From: Tenericutes bacterium ADurb.BinA124
GTDB taxonomy: Bacteria > Bacillota_I > Bacilli_A > ML615J-28 > CAG-698
Direction of reading: 5' to 3'
Length of the DNA: 64,000 bases
NCBI GenBank assembly: GCA_002068415.1
Contig: MVZM01000009.1
Span: forward strand, 3,088-67,087
The stretch's first letter is position 1, and every line of letters begins with the position of its first letter. The translations under genes and the position numbers were made by a program. Shown here in pieces: positions 29,146 through 39,570 of this stretch. The notes below the pieces were generated by a model that saw nothing but the letters and a program-made list of their open reading frames with translations, did no database searches and was not told the origin of the DNA.

Positions 29146-30153
29146 ATGATTAATCTATGTTATACTGATGATCATCAGGAAACAAAATTCATCAATAATA
29201 CCCAAAAGGAGTTTTCGGAAGCATTGATTCTTCCCCAAACTTGGTTGTATTTAAGCGAACCAACAGAAGAAGAAATTAGCTTGGTTGCGAAAACAACTAA
29301 GATTAATGAAATGTTAATTCGTTCACTGCTCGATGCGGAAGAATCCGCACACATTGACGAAGAGGGCAAAGTAACCGTTGTGGTCGTTGATACGCCGATT
29401 GTTCGCATGGAGTCCAAATATCCGGAAGTTGAACATTATACAACTATTCCGCTTGCTAATCTTATCAATGACGAATTTGTAGTCACCATTTGTACACAGA
29501 AAGATATTGTCATTCCTAATTTAATCAAAAACAATAAAAATCTTTCGCCACAAAAACCCGTTCGCTTAATCATTCAAATTCTCTTCCGCAATGCCCAAAT
29601 CTTTGTTTCCAAACTTAAAGAAGTGGACAAAGGCAGTGAATTTATCCAAACCAAACTTCAAGAAGCTTTAAAAAACAGTGATTTGTTTGAATTGCTGAAC
29701 CTAGGAAAATCTTTAGTTTACCTATCAACCGGTCTTAATTCCAACCAAGTGGTTTTGGAAAAGTTAAAAAACCATCCACTGTTTTTACAATTCCAAGACG
29801 GATTGGCGTTAATTGACGATACAATTATTGAAAATCGCCAAGCCATGGAAATGTGTGCCATCCATCGGGATATTTTAAATGGTTTGATGGATGCTTATGC
29901 CAGTGTCATTTCCAATAATGTCAGTTCGATTATGAAAACTTTGACTGTTTTAACGATTGTTTTAACCATTCCGATGCTGTTTGCCAGTTTGTTTGGAATG
30001 AACTTTGATTTGCCTTTAGCTGCCCATAATGGTTTTTGGATAACTATTGTCATTTCTTTAGTGTTAAGCCTTGTGCTTGGTTATTTTTTAGCCATATATA
30101 CGAGTAAATTACGTTTTCGCTTCAGCAGTAAAAAGAAAAAAACACGGAAGTAG
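29146..30153 (+). CDS. corA: CorA-family Mg2+/Co2+ transporter
   Basis: C-terminal two TM segments with the signature GMNF motif. Confidence 0.8.
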   Translation: MINLCYTDDHQETKFINNTQKEFSEALILPQTWLYLSEPTEEEISLVAKTTKINEMLIRSLLDAEESAHIDEEGKVTVVVVDTPIVRMESKYPEVEHYTTIPLANLINDEFVVTICTQKDIVIPNLIKNNKNLSPQKPVRLIIQILFRNAQIFVSKLKEVDKGSEFIQTKLQEALKNSDLFELLNLGKSLVYLSTGLNSNQVVLEKLKNHPLFLQFQDGLALIDDTIIENRQAMEMCAIHRDILNGLMDAYASVISNNVSSIMKTLTVLTIVLTIPMLFASLFGMNFDLPLAAHNGFWITIVISLVLSLVLGYFLAIYTSKLRFRFSSKKKKTRK

Positions 30154-30154
30154 T

Positions 30155-30182
30155 AAAAGTCGCCACAAGCGACTTTTATTAT
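30155..30182 (+). terminator. rho-independent terminator
   Basis: AAAAGTCGC-cacaa-GCGACTTTT then T/A-rich tract. Confidence 0.6.
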
Positions 30183-30331
30183 TATAATATTTCTTTAATC
30201 GACTTGGATATGAGCTTAAATGTTGTTTGTTAATAATATCAAAAAAGCGTAGCCATCATTAATTTGTATAATATATTGTTTCCGAGGGCTTGAATTAAAC
30301 CGGGGGAAGTGGTAAAATAAATAGACAAAAA

Positions 30332-30408
30332 CGAGATGTAGCGCAGTTAGGTAGCGCGCTTGGTTCGGGACCAAGAGGTCATGGGTTCAAATCCCATTAT
30401 CTCGACCA
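30332..30408 (+). tRNA. tRNA-Pro (CGG)
   Basis: Cloverleaf with anticodon loop TTCGGGA; T-arm ATGGGTTCAAATCCCAT; CCA end; TTGAAT-17-TAAAAT promoter upstream. Confidence 0.85.
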
Positions 30409-30474
30409 GTTGTCTAAAACTATGAGGTAAAGCTTATAGAATCCTTATAATTAAAAGAGCCAGCAATGGCTCTT

Positions 30475-31704
30475 TTAATTACTTTTATTGGCAACAATTT
30501 TCACAATATTAATTAATATTTCCGTGCACTTTTCCATTCCTTCCACCGTAACGAATTCATAACGGCTATGGAAATTATAAGAACCGGTCCCTAAATTAGG
30601 ACAAACCAAGCCACGATAAGTTAATTGGGCCCCATCCGTTCCGCCTCGAATCGGTAAGATGGTAAGTTCCACGCCCGCTTGTTTGATGGCTTCGATGGCG
30701 ACATTTAAAGCATCGGGATGTTTCTCAACAAGCTCTTTCATGTTTAAGTATTGATCATGAATTTCTACGCTCACGGTCTTTTCGCCATAGACATCATTTA
30801 AATAAGCGGCGATTTTTTCCATTTGTGCTTTTTGGTTTGCAAACTTAAGTTTATCGTGATTACGGATGATGTAGTGCATTTCGGTTCTTTCCACATTACC
30901 TTCAATATTATTCAAATGGTAAAAGCCTTCATAGTTTTCGGTATGACTGGGAGTCATCGCCACCGGTAACATTTGGTTATATTCCATGGCAATTAACAAA
31001 CTATTTTTCATATGATTTTTGGCATAGCCCGGATGCATATTAATACCGGAAATTACGACCCTTGCGGCTGCTGCATTAAAATTCTCATAATTAATGAGGC
31101 CTTCTTTCATGCTGTCGACGGTATAAGCCCACTTGGCTTGCCAAGCTTCAATGTTGAAAAAAAGCGGACCTTCCCCGATTTCTTCGTCGGGAGTAAAAGC
31201 AATTTTGATGTCACCGTGTTCTACTTCCGGGTGCTTGTGGAAATATTCAACCATGGTCATGATTTCCGCAATCCCCGCTTTGTCATCAGCCCCAAGCAAG
31301 GTTGTTCCGTCGGTCACAATTAAAGTCCGACCTTTGAGTTCCCGAAGAAAAGGAAATTCTTTCGTTGTCATAACGATATTTAAAGCCTCGTTTAAAACAA
31401 CATCGCCGCCATCATAATTATGGACTAGTCGTGGTTTGATGTTTTCTCCGCTCATGTCACAAGAAGTGTCTAAATGAGCAATAAAACCGATGGTTTCAAT
31501 CGGCTTGGAACTATTACTTTTTACGGTACCGTAAACATAACTATAATCATCCATATAAGCATCACTCACACCAAGTGCTTGTAATTCCTTTACTAAATAA
31601 GCAGCTAATAATTTTTGTTCTGAAGACGAAGGGTGAGTGCGTGAATTGGGGTTGGATGTGGTTGGGAAACTCACATATTTTAAAAAACGATTGACGATAT
31701 TCAT
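30475..31704 (-). CDS. pepT: peptidase T (tripeptide aminopeptidase, M20B)
   Basis: N-terminal MNIVNRFLKYVSFPTTS; IAHLDT and ADDKAGIAEIM motifs characteristic of PepT. Confidence 0.9.
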   Translation of the reverse strand: MNIVNRFLKYVSFPTTSNPNSRTHPSSSEQKLLAAYLVKELQALGVSDAYMDDYSYVYGTVKSNSSKPIETIGFIAHLDTSCDMSGENIKPRLVHNYDGGDVVLNEALNIVMTTKEFPFLRELKGRTLIVTDGTTLLGADDKAGIAEIMTMVEYFHKHPEVEHGDIKIAFTPDEEIGEGPLFFNIEAWQAKWAYTVDSMKEGLINYENFNAAAARVVISGINMHPGYAKNHMKNSLLIAMEYNQMLPVAMTPSHTENYEGFYHLNNIEGNVERTEMHYIIRNHDKLKFANQKAQMEKIAAYLNDVYGEKTVSVEIHDQYLNMKELVEKHPDALNVAIEAIKQAGVELTILPIRGGTDGAQLTYRGLVCPNLGTGSYNFHSRYEFVTVEGMEKCTEILINIVKIVANKSN

Positions 31705-31764
31705 CTTAATCCTCCCATCGTGTGATAATAAAAAAGCTTGTAGTAATAAAATAAGCCAAAAGGC

Positions 31765-32433
31765 TTATTTTTTCAAGGATAAGCCATGCATTAAATTACC
31801 AATAGGCATGGATTGCACAATAACCATTCCGGGGCCTCTTACAACAGCGTTGAAGATGCCTTCACCACCAAAGAGCGCATTCTTTACCGTTCCCACGCTT
31901 CTCACATTAAAAGAACAAGAGGCACTCATGGCTACTAAATAACCGGTGCTGATAATCATTTCCTCGTTTTCTTGGAGCTCGTATTGTTTTTCATAACCAT
32001 CAATTTCAATAAAAGCTAAACCATTGCCGGACAGTTTTTGCATAATAAAACCTTCGCCACCGAACAAGCCGACGCCGATTTTCTTTTGCCAATGCACAGA
32101 TAATTCAACCCTTGGTTCACAAGCTAAAAAAGCACGTTTTTGAATAATAACTGGCTTATCGGGCGTTATTTCCAAAGCTTTGATGGCTCCGGGAAACTTG
32201 GAAGCTAGGGCAATCATGCCTTCTTTGCCAATAGGTTCATAAATATTATGGAATAAAGATTCACCACTAAACATCCGCCCAAAGACTTTTTTGACACCGC
32301 CCCCGGAGCTGGTATCCATTTTCATATTGCCGCTCATCCACGACATCGCTCCACCTTCAGTGATTAATTTTTCACCGACTTCCAAATTAACGATTAAAAC
32401 CGGCAAGCTGCCACCTTCAATTTGATATTTCAT
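31765..32433 (-). CDS. AIM24/TIGR00266 (DUF124) family protein
   Basis: 222 aa with Gly-rich beta-rich pattern typical of AIM24-family proteins. Confidence 0.6.
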   Translation of the reverse strand: MKYQIEGGSLPVLIVNLEVGEKLITEGGAMSWMSGNMKMDTSSGGGVKKVFGRMFSGESLFHNIYEPIGKEGMIALASKFPGAIKALEITPDKPVIIQKRAFLACEPRVELSVHWQKKIGVGLFGGEGFIMQKLSGNGLAFIEIDGYEKQYELQENEEMIISTGYLVAMSASCSFNVRSVGTVKNALFGGEGIFNAVVRGPGMVIVQSMPIGNLMHGLSLKK

Positions 32434-32660
32434 GTTAACTCCTTTTGGCCACAGCTATTTTATGGAAAAAACTATGGCATGACTATATTATAATAAGAAA
32501 GCAAGGTCGTGTCAAATAATGTCTTTTTTAAAAAAGGAGGAAAACATATCTGATGTGATTGATATTGGTTTTAGGAAATAATGCTCTTTGGTAAGCTTCG
32601 CTTCTTTATATTGAAAATGGAGAAAAAAAGCGTATAATCATTGATGATAAAGGTGAAGCT

Positions 32661-33872
32661 ATGGAACAACAACAGATTAAACGCGGAATCATTAATATCA
32701 TCTTTTTAGGTTTGGTCAGTTTTTTTATTGATTTGTCTACGGAAATGGTCTACCCGCTAGTAACTCTTTATTTACAAACCTTTGCTTCCGTTCCCATTGT
32801 TGGTGTTATTGAGGGGTTTGCGGAAAGCACGGCCGCCCTTTTGAAAGTCTATTCCGGTTATCTTGGTGATAAATACCAAAATAAAAAGACATTGGCTTTT
32901 TTCGGTTATTCCAGTGCCATTGCTTATAAAAACATTTTGTTTTTTTCCGGAAGCTGGGTAGGCATCATGATTGCTCGGCTTGTGGACCGTTTCGGGAAAG
33001 GCATTAGAACAGCACCTCGTGATGCTTTGGTGGCGGAATCGGGGGAAGCAGCGCTCGGGAAATCCTTTGGGCTTCACAAAATGCTCGATATGTTGGGCGC
33101 CGGTTTGGGGATTTTGATTGCTTATCTTTTATACCAGCAATTAGTAAAAGATAATATGCTCATTGATATTAAAGCCTTTAAAACCATCTTTTTACTATCA
33201 ATTATTCCGGCGGTTTTGGGTTTAGTTTTCTTATCGCTTGTGAGAGAACGAAAGAAAAACACCAAATGGGGCAATCGCTTCACCCTAAAGGGACTTAAAT
33301 TAAACCCCCGTCTTAAATGGTATTTAGTGGTCATCTTGTTATTTAGTCTTGGTAATTCTAGCAATGCTTTTTTGTTGTTAAAGGCGACGGATGCCGGTTA
33401 TACTACCAGTTTTGTTTTACTCCTTTACTTAGTTTATCATCTCGTTTCAACAATCTTTGCTTTTCCGATGGGAAAATGGTCCGACCGGATTGGTCGTCAT
33501 AAACTAGTTGTTCCCGGTTATTTATTATATGGTTTTTTGTATTTTGGTTTTGCTTTCTTGACAAGCAAAGTTTCGTTAATGGTTTTATTTGGTGCTTATG
33601 GACTTTATCAAGCCATTATTTCGGGGGCGGAAAAAGCCTTTATTACCGAGTTTGCTCCGAAAGATGCAAAAGGAACCATCATTGGTTTATATGGAACTTG
33701 TCAAGGAGTGGGAATCTTGGTGGCTTCGCTTTTAGCCGGTGGTTTATGGACTTGGTTGGGGGCAAGAGCGCCATTTGTTTTTGCAAGCATCATGGGTTTG
33801 GCGGCAGCGGTTTTGGCTTTCTTGGTTATGACTCATCAATTCCAAGACAGCAACAGCCTAAAAAAAGTTTAA
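32661..33872 (+). CDS. MFS transporter
   Basis: 12-TM architecture; GKWSDRIGR MFS signature between TM2 and TM3 equivalents; TTGAAA-16-TATAAT promoter upstream. Confidence 0.75.
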   Translation: MEQQQIKRGIINIIFLGLVSFFIDLSTEMVYPLVTLYLQTFASVPIVGVIEGFAESTAALLKVYSGYLGDKYQNKKTLAFFGYSSAIAYKNILFFSGSWVGIMIARLVDRFGKGIRTAPRDALVAESGEAALGKSFGLHKMLDMLGAGLGILIAYLLYQQLVKDNMLIDIKAFKTIFLLSIIPAVLGLVFLSLVRERKKNTKWGNRFTLKGLKLNPRLKWYLVVILLFSLGNSSNAFLLLKATDAGYTTSFVLLLYLVYHLVSTIFAFPMGKWSDRIGRHKLVVPGYLLYGFLYFGFAFLTSKVSLMVLFGAYGLYQAIISGAEKAFITEFAPKDAKGTIIGLYGTCQGVGILVASLLAGGLWTWLGARAPFVFASIMGLAAAVLAFLVMTHQFQDSNSLKKV

Positions 33873-33989
33873 AAGCAAAATCTTAAGAAATCAGCATATT
33901 TCATAATTGACTTTTTGGGCTTTGTTTGTTACAATGAAAAAGTAGTTAACTATTTACTACATAGATAAAACTTTTTTTGAGGAGGAATA

Positions 33990-35078
33990 ATGAAGAAGTT
34001 TTTATTAGCATTCTTATTGGCCCTTACTGTTTTTTCGTTAATCGGCTGTACTGGAAAGGAAACTTTCACAGTCGCTTTAGTCACCGATAAAGGTGATATT
34101 GATGACAGATCATTCAACCAAGCATCTTGGGAAGGTGTTGTTGAATACTGTACAGAATTCGGCATTCCGCACAAGTATTACAAACCCACAAAAGCAACAA
34201 CGGAAGCTTATGTGGCAGCTATTGATTTAGCGGTAGCTAATGGTGCAAAAATAGTTGTAACACCGGGATTCTTATTTGAGGAACCAGTTAATATTACTCA
34301 AAAGAAATACCCGAATGTCAAGTTTGTTATTCTTGATGGCAACCCGGCGAATACTAACGCTTACGATGATGATCCTCATAATGACGGAACTTTAGAAAAA
34401 AATACTTATAGTATTTTCTACGCTGAAGAACAATCAGGATATTTAGCTGGCTATGCGGCTGTTAAAGATGGGTATCGTAAATTAGGATTCATGGGTGGAA
34501 TGGCTGTTCCTGCTGTGGTTAGATTTGGACAAGGCTACCTCTTTGGTGCTGAAGCTGCCGCCCTTGAATTAAATGTTGACATTACGGTTCAATATCACTA
34601 TACAGGCGACTTTATTGCTTCTCCGGAAGTTCAAGCTAAGGCGGCCTCAATGTTTACTAATGGCGCTGAAGTAATCTTCAGTTGTGGCGGTGCTGTCGGT
34701 CAATCAGTAATGGCAGCTGCCGAAGCAGCCAATAAAAAGACGATTGGCGTTGACGTTGATCAAAGCGGTGATTCGGAAACAGTTATTACTTCCGCTACGA
34801 AGAACTTAAAACATTCCGTTATTTTAGCTCTTAAAGCTTTCTTTGGTGGTAATTGGGATGAAGAATGTGGTGCCGTTGTTGCCAACCTTGATGCTTCCAA
34901 TAGTGGTATTGGTTTACCAATGACGACTTCGCGCTTTAAGACTTTCAACAAAACGATGTATGATGCTTTGTTAGCTAAATTAGCAGCTAAACAAGTTAAT
35001 ATTCCGTATGACCTTGCGTTATCCGGAAAAGAAAACCAACTTGTTTTTGCAAAAGTTGTTGTCACGATGGTTGGTTAA
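33990..35078 (+). CDS. BMP-family ABC transporter substrate-binding lipoprotein (nucleoside-binding, PnrA/Med-like)
   Basis: Lipobox LIGC; BMP-family periplasmic-binding-protein pattern; TTGACT-17-TACAAT promoter upstream. Confidence 0.8.
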   Translation: MKKFLLAFLLALTVFSLIGCTGKETFTVALVTDKGDIDDRSFNQASWEGVVEYCTEFGIPHKYYKPTKATTEAYVAAIDLAVANGAKIVVTPGFLFEEPVNITQKKYPNVKFVILDGNPANTNAYDDDPHNDGTLEKNTYSIFYAEEQSGYLAGYAAVKDGYRKLGFMGGMAVPAVVRFGQGYLFGAEAAALELNVDITVQYHYTGDFIASPEVQAKAASMFTNGAEVIFSCGGAVGQSVMAAAEAANKKTIGVDVDQSGDSETVITSATKNLKHSVILALKAFFGGNWDEECGAVVANLDASNSGIGLPMTTSRFKTFNKTMYDALLAKLAAKQVNIPYDLALSGKENQLVFAKVVVTMVG

Positions 35079-35103
35079 TCTATTTTATTGTGATAATCCA
35101 TTC

Positions 35104-35132
35104 AATGGGCGTTGACTATGTCAGCGCTCATT
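35104..35132 (+). promoter_or_regulatory. intra-operon stem-loop between the binding-protein and ATPase genes (possible partial terminator/attenuator)
   Basis: 13-bp stem AATGGGCGTTGAC/GTCAGCGCTCATT with two G-U pairs and no T-run. Confidence 0.35.
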
Positions 35133-35181
35133 TGCTATCAAAAGAAATAATTTGTAAAAATCGATGGGAAGAGATTAAAAT

Positions 35182-36714
35182 ATGGAAATAATTATTGAAA
35201 TGCGACATATTACCAAGGAATTTCCGGGGATTAAAGCTAATGATGACATTACTCTCCAATTATATAAAGGGGAAATTCATGCTTTGCTTGGTGAAAATGG
35301 GGCGGGGAAATCGACTTTAATGAGTATTCTTTTTGGTTTGTATCAACCGGACCAAGGTGAAATATATAAGAATGGTCAACTAGTAAGCATTAAAAACCCC
35401 AATGATGCCAATGATTTAGGCATCGGCATGGTTCATCAGCATTTTAAACTTGTGGAAAACTTTACGGTTTTGGACAACATCATCATGGGGGCCGAACCTC
35501 TAAAACGGGGTTTAATTGACCGCGTCGAAGCCCGAAAGCGAGTTTTGGAAATCAGTCAACGCTATAAATTATTTGTCAATCCGGACGCTTTAATTGAAGA
35601 TATCAGCGTGGGCATGCAACAACGAGTGGAAATTTTAAAAATGCTTTACCGGGAAAATGAAATTTTAATTTTTGATGAACCGACGGCGGTTTTAACTCCC
35701 CAAGAAATTGATGAATTGATGGGGATTATGAAGGGTTTGGTGGCTGAAGGTAAATCCATTCTCTTTATTTCCCACAAATTGAATGAAATTATGAAAATTG
35801 CTGACCGTTGTACGGTTCTGCGTCGTGGTAAAAATATGGGGGTTGTGAAAACCAAAAACACAACGATTGCGAAACTGTCCAAAATGATGGTTGGCCGTGA
35901 TATTGAATTTGTTGTTAATAAGGAACCGGCCAAACCCCAAGAAACCGTTTTAAAAGTCGAAAATTTACATGTCATCTCGCCCTTAAGTAAAAAGCATGTG
36001 GTTAATGATGTCTCCTTTACCGTTCGTAAAGGGGAAATCGTTTGTCTTGCCGGGATTGAAGGTAACGGTCAATCAGATTTAATTTATGCCTTAACGGGGC
36101 TTATGCCGATTCATTCCGGCTCCATTTATTTAAACAATATCGATATTAGCAAAAAAAATATTCGTTTTCGCAACGATAACGGCTTAAGCCATATTCCGGA
36201 AGATCGGCATAAATATGGTTTGGTCCTTGATTATAGTTTAGCCTATAATTTAGTTCTCAAGAAATATCATACATCCGCCTTCCAAAAACAGGGGTTTTTA
36301 AAGCCTAAAGCCATCAATGATAATGCAGAAGTGTTAATCAATAAGTATGACATTCGGAGCGGCCAAGGTCCGGCGACCATCGCTCGCAGTATGTCAGGCG
36401 GAAATCAACAAAAAGCCATCATTGCTCGTGAAGTTGATAAAGATTCCGATTTACTAGTTGCTGTTCAAGTCACAAGGGGTTTGGATGTGGGGGCGATTGA
36501 ATTCATTCATCAAAAAATTCTTGAAGAACGCAACCGCGGGAAAGCCATCTTAATGATGTCGCTCGAATTAGAAGAAGTCATGAGTTTAAGTGATCGCATC
36601 TTAGTGATGTTTGAAGGCCAAATTGTTGCGGAACTTGATCCGCGAACAACAAGCGACCAAGAATTGGGCTTGTTTATGACTAGTGGAAAGAGTGGTGGGA
36701 TTCATGGAAAATGA
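35182..36714 (+). CDS. ABC transporter ATP-binding protein with duplicated NBDs (nucleoside/sugar import type)
   Basis: Two Walker A/signature/Walker B sets (GENGAGKST...; LSGGNQQK...); 510 aa. Confidence 0.85.
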   Translation: MEIIIEMRHITKEFPGIKANDDITLQLYKGEIHALLGENGAGKSTLMSILFGLYQPDQGEIYKNGQLVSIKNPNDANDLGIGMVHQHFKLVENFTVLDNIIMGAEPLKRGLIDRVEARKRVLEISQRYKLFVNPDALIEDISVGMQQRVEILKMLYRENEILIFDEPTAVLTPQEIDELMGIMKGLVAEGKSILFISHKLNEIMKIADRCTVLRRGKNMGVVKTKNTTIAKLSKMMVGRDIEFVVNKEPAKPQETVLKVENLHVISPLSKKHVVNDVSFTVRKGEIVCLAGIEGNGQSDLIYALTGLMPIHSGSIYLNNIDISKKNIRFRNDNGLSHIPEDRHKYGLVLDYSLAYNLVLKKYHTSAFQKQGFLKPKAINDNAEVLINKYDIRSGQGPATIARSMSGGNQQKAIIAREVDKDSDLLVAVQVTRGLDVGAIEFIHQKILEERNRGKAILMMSLELEEVMSLSDRILVMFEGQIVAELDPRTTSDQELGLFMTSGKSGGIHGK

Positions 36715-37939
36715 ACAACAACCAAAACCGTTTAAGCAGTTTTTTATGAATTTTAAGTTAAAACTAAAAACGGTTTTAACTTCCAAAGCTGCCAATACCT
36801 TCTATTCCGTTTTGTTTGCCATTGTTTTAGGATTGTTGGTTGGATTAGTCATTTTGTTATTCTCCAATCCCCGCGCCGCTTTTCCCGCCTTTGGGAAAAT
36901 TCTATTGGGTTTTTTTGGCGATCCTGTTTCCATCAGTGTTGGCATCGGTAACTTCTTATACTATTCAACGCCCTTATTGCTCACCGGCTTAGCGGTCGGC
37001 TTTGCCTTTAAAACCGGTTTATTCAATATCGGTGCTTCCGGCCAATTTATGGTTGCACAATATGTTGCGGTGTTAGTGGCTTTCGCAACCGCCAATTTAG
37101 GTCCCTTTAATTGGATTGTGGCTTTAGTAGCCGGCATTTTAGCCGGAGCCATTTGGGGTTTTTTCCCCGGCTTCTTCAAAGCCGCCTTTAATATCAATGA
37201 AGTCATCACTTCCATTATGTTTAACTGGATTGGGATGTATTTAACTACGATGTTGATTAAAAACAACAAGGTTATTTTTGACCAGTCTCGGGCGCGGACC
37301 TTTGTTATTCCTAAAACCGCCTTTATTCCGAAACTAGGTTTGGATAAACTATTTCCCAATTCCAGTATCGATATCGGAATTTTCTTGGCCATTGGGGTGG
37401 CGGTTATCATTTATTTTGTGCTCAATAAAACCACTTTTGGCTTTGAGTTAAAAGCAGTTGGTCATAATCGTCATGCCAGTAAATATGCCGGCATTAATGA
37501 AAAAAGAAATATCATTATTGCGATGGTTATATCGGGAGCTTTAGCGGGCATGGCCGGGGGTTTGCAGATTCTTGCTGGGGGAGCGGGGAATGTGGGCAAT
37601 TCCATTTTAGTGATTGAAACCTTATCGCCGGAAGGCTTTAACGGTATCCCCGTGGCTTTACTGGGGCTTTCACATCCGATTGGGATTATCTTCTCAGCTT
37701 TCTTTATTACCTTTATTCAAGCGGGTGGGAATAATGCTGCGGCGGCGGTTATTCCTTATGAAATTGTCGATATCATCATTGCGGTGATTATTTATTGCAG
37801 TGCCTTTTCCTTATTAGTGCGCTTGTATATTGCCAACCGCTTACAAAAGAAACGCATTGAAGAAGAAGCTAAGCACTTGAAAACACTAAACAATGCCGTC
37901 TCAGATACTTCAGTTAATAAAGGAGATTTAAATGGATAA
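36704..37939 (+). CDS. ABC transporter permease (nucleoside import, YufP-like)
   Basis: Polytopic permease following the ATPase gene, overlapping its stop; start moved to MENEQQ. Confidence 0.75.
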   Translation: MENEQQPKPFKQFFMNFKLKLKTVLTSKAANTFYSVLFAIVLGLLVGLVILLFSNPRAAFPAFGKILLGFFGDPVSISVGIGNFLYYSTPLLLTGLAVGFAFKTGLFNIGASGQFMVAQYVAVLVAFATANLGPFNWIVALVAGILAGAIWGFFPGFFKAAFNINEVITSIMFNWIGMYLTTMLIKNNKVIFDQSRARTFVIPKTAFIPKLGLDKLFPNSSIDIGIFLAIGVAVIIYFVLNKTTFGFELKAVGHNRHASKYAGINEKRNIIIAMVISGALAGMAGGLQILAGGAGNVGNSILVIETLSPEGFNGIPVALLGLSHPIGIIFSAFFITFIQAGGNNAAAAVIPYEIVDIIIAVIIYCSAFSLLVRLYIANRLQKKRIEEEAKHLKTLNNAVSDTSVNKGDLNG

Positions 37940-38903
37940 TTTAAGTTTTTTTGTACAACAAATGTTAATCTTTTTTGTTCCGTTAGTGATTGTGGCTATT
38001 GGCGGTATGTTTTCTGAAAAAAGCGGAGTCATCAATATTGCTTTAGAAGGAATTATGATTTTTGGTGGCTATGTGGGCATTGTTTTTATTAGAGCGATGC
38101 AACAAAAAGGCTACCTTGCCGATTCACCCCAGTTGTTATTAATATGTGGATTAATTATATCAGGGGTTTCAGGACTTATTTTTTCTTTGTTGCATGCCTT
38201 TGCGTCCATCAATTTAAAAGCCGATCAAACCATTAGTGGTGTTGCTTTAAATATGTTAGCCCCAGCTTTGGTATTTTTTATTGCTAGGTCGGCAACTAAT
38301 ACTCGACAAGTATTTTTTAATCCGGTTTTTATGATTCGATCCGTTCCTTGGTTGGGAAAAATCCCCATTCTTGGGCCCTTGTTTTTCCAAAAAGCTTACT
38401 TAACAACTTATATTGGCATTGCGATTGTTCTTTTGTCAGCCTTTATTCTTAGAAAAACTCGACTTGGCTTACGCTTAAGTGCTTGTGGTGAACACCCTCA
38501 GGCTGCTGAAAGTGTTGGGGTCAATGTGCAAAAAATGCGTTGGCTTGGGGTTGGCATCTCCGGTTTTCTCGCCGGTATCGGGGGATTATCATTCACCATT
38601 GCTTGTGCTGTTAGTTTTAACGGAACGGTAGCTGGATATGGCTTCTTAGCCTTAGCTGTTATGATTTTTGGGCAATGGAAGCCCATCCGTATTTTATGGG
38701 CGGCTCTCTTTTTCGCTGTTTTCAAAGCTTTATCAACTACATATTCCATCTTCCCTTTCTTGGTTGCTTGGGATATCCCGAATAAAGGTTATATCTTTAA
38801 CATCTTACCCTTTGTTGCGACGATGGTGGCTTTAGCTTTTACTTCGAAAAAATCTCGTGCTCCCAAAGCCGAGGGAATTCCCTTTGATTCTGGAGCCAGA
38901 TAA
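37932..38903 (+). CDS. ABC transporter permease (nucleoside import, YufQ-like)
   Basis: Polytopic permease overlapping the upstream gene by 8 nt; terminator hairpin CCCTTCT...AGAAGGG plus T-run downstream. Confidence 0.75.
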   Translation: MDNLSFFVQQMLIFFVPLVIVAIGGMFSEKSGVINIALEGIMIFGGYVGIVFIRAMQQKGYLADSPQLLLICGLIISGVSGLIFSLLHAFASINLKADQTISGVALNMLAPALVFFIARSATNTRQVFFNPVFMIRSVPWLGKIPILGPLFFQKAYLTTYIGIAIVLLSAFILRKTRLGLRLSACGEHPQAAESVGVNVQKMRWLGVGISGFLAGIGGLSFTIACAVSFNGTVAGYGFLALAVMIFGQWKPIRILWAALFFAVFKALSTTYSIFPFLVAWDIPNKGYIFNILPFVATMVALAFTSKKSRAPKAEGIPFDSGAR

Positions 38904-39031
38904 AATCGTTTTCCAAAGACCCTTCTTGGGGAAAGAGAAGGGCCTTTTTTATTTTTTCGAAAAGGCTTGGAAAATTTATAAAAGTATAGTAAAATATTAA
39001 AGAGAAAATAGACAAAATAGGGGTGAATAAA

Positions 39032-39568
39032 ATGAACATTTGGCATGATATCAGTGCTGATCGCATTCAAAGTGAAGACTTTATTGCCATCATTGAGATA
39101 CCGAAAGGCAGCAAGAAAAAATATGAAATGGATAAAGAAACGGGTTTGCTGATTTTGGACCGCATTCTTTATACTTCAACGCATTATCCCGCTAATTACG
39201 GATTTATTCCACGCACATATGCGGAAGACCACGATCCTTTGGATGTGCTGGTGATTTGCAGTGAAGATTTAGAGCCGATGAGTATGGTTAGATGTTACCC
39301 AATTGGGGTTGTTAGAATGCTAGATGACGAAGAAACTGACGATAAAATCATCGCTATTCCTTTTAAAGATCCCACTTGGAATTATTACCATGAATTGGAA
39401 AGCATACCTCCGCATATTACCGATGAAATCAAACATTTTTTTATGGTGTATAAACATTTAGAACACCGGGAAACCACCGGATTTGAAGTTTATGGTAAAG
39501 AAAAAGCCATCGACATCATCAAAAAATCCATGGCTGTTTATAAAAAGAGGTTTTTGAAAGGAAGATAA
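39032..39568 (+). CDS. ppa: inorganic pyrophosphatase, family I
   Basis: IIEIPKGSKKKYE...DPLDVLV family I PPase motifs; RBS AGGGGTG; start at MNIWHD. Confidence 0.9.
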   Translation: MNIWHDISADRIQSEDFIAIIEIPKGSKKKYEMDKETGLLILDRILYTSTHYPANYGFIPRTYAEDHDPLDVLVICSEDLEPMSMVRCYPIGVVRMLDDEETDDKIIAIPFKDPTWNYYHELESIPPHITDEIKHFFMVYKHLEHRETTGFEVYGKEKAIDIIKKSMAVYKKRFLKGR

Positions 39569-39570
39569 CA

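Noticed and set aside
31012-31417. Two overlapping ~100-aa + strand ORFs
   Set aside because: Antisense to pepT, which is strongly supported by conserved motifs.
36961-37410. 149-aa ORF on the - strand
   Set aside because: Antisense shadow ORF inside the ABC permease gene. No start context.
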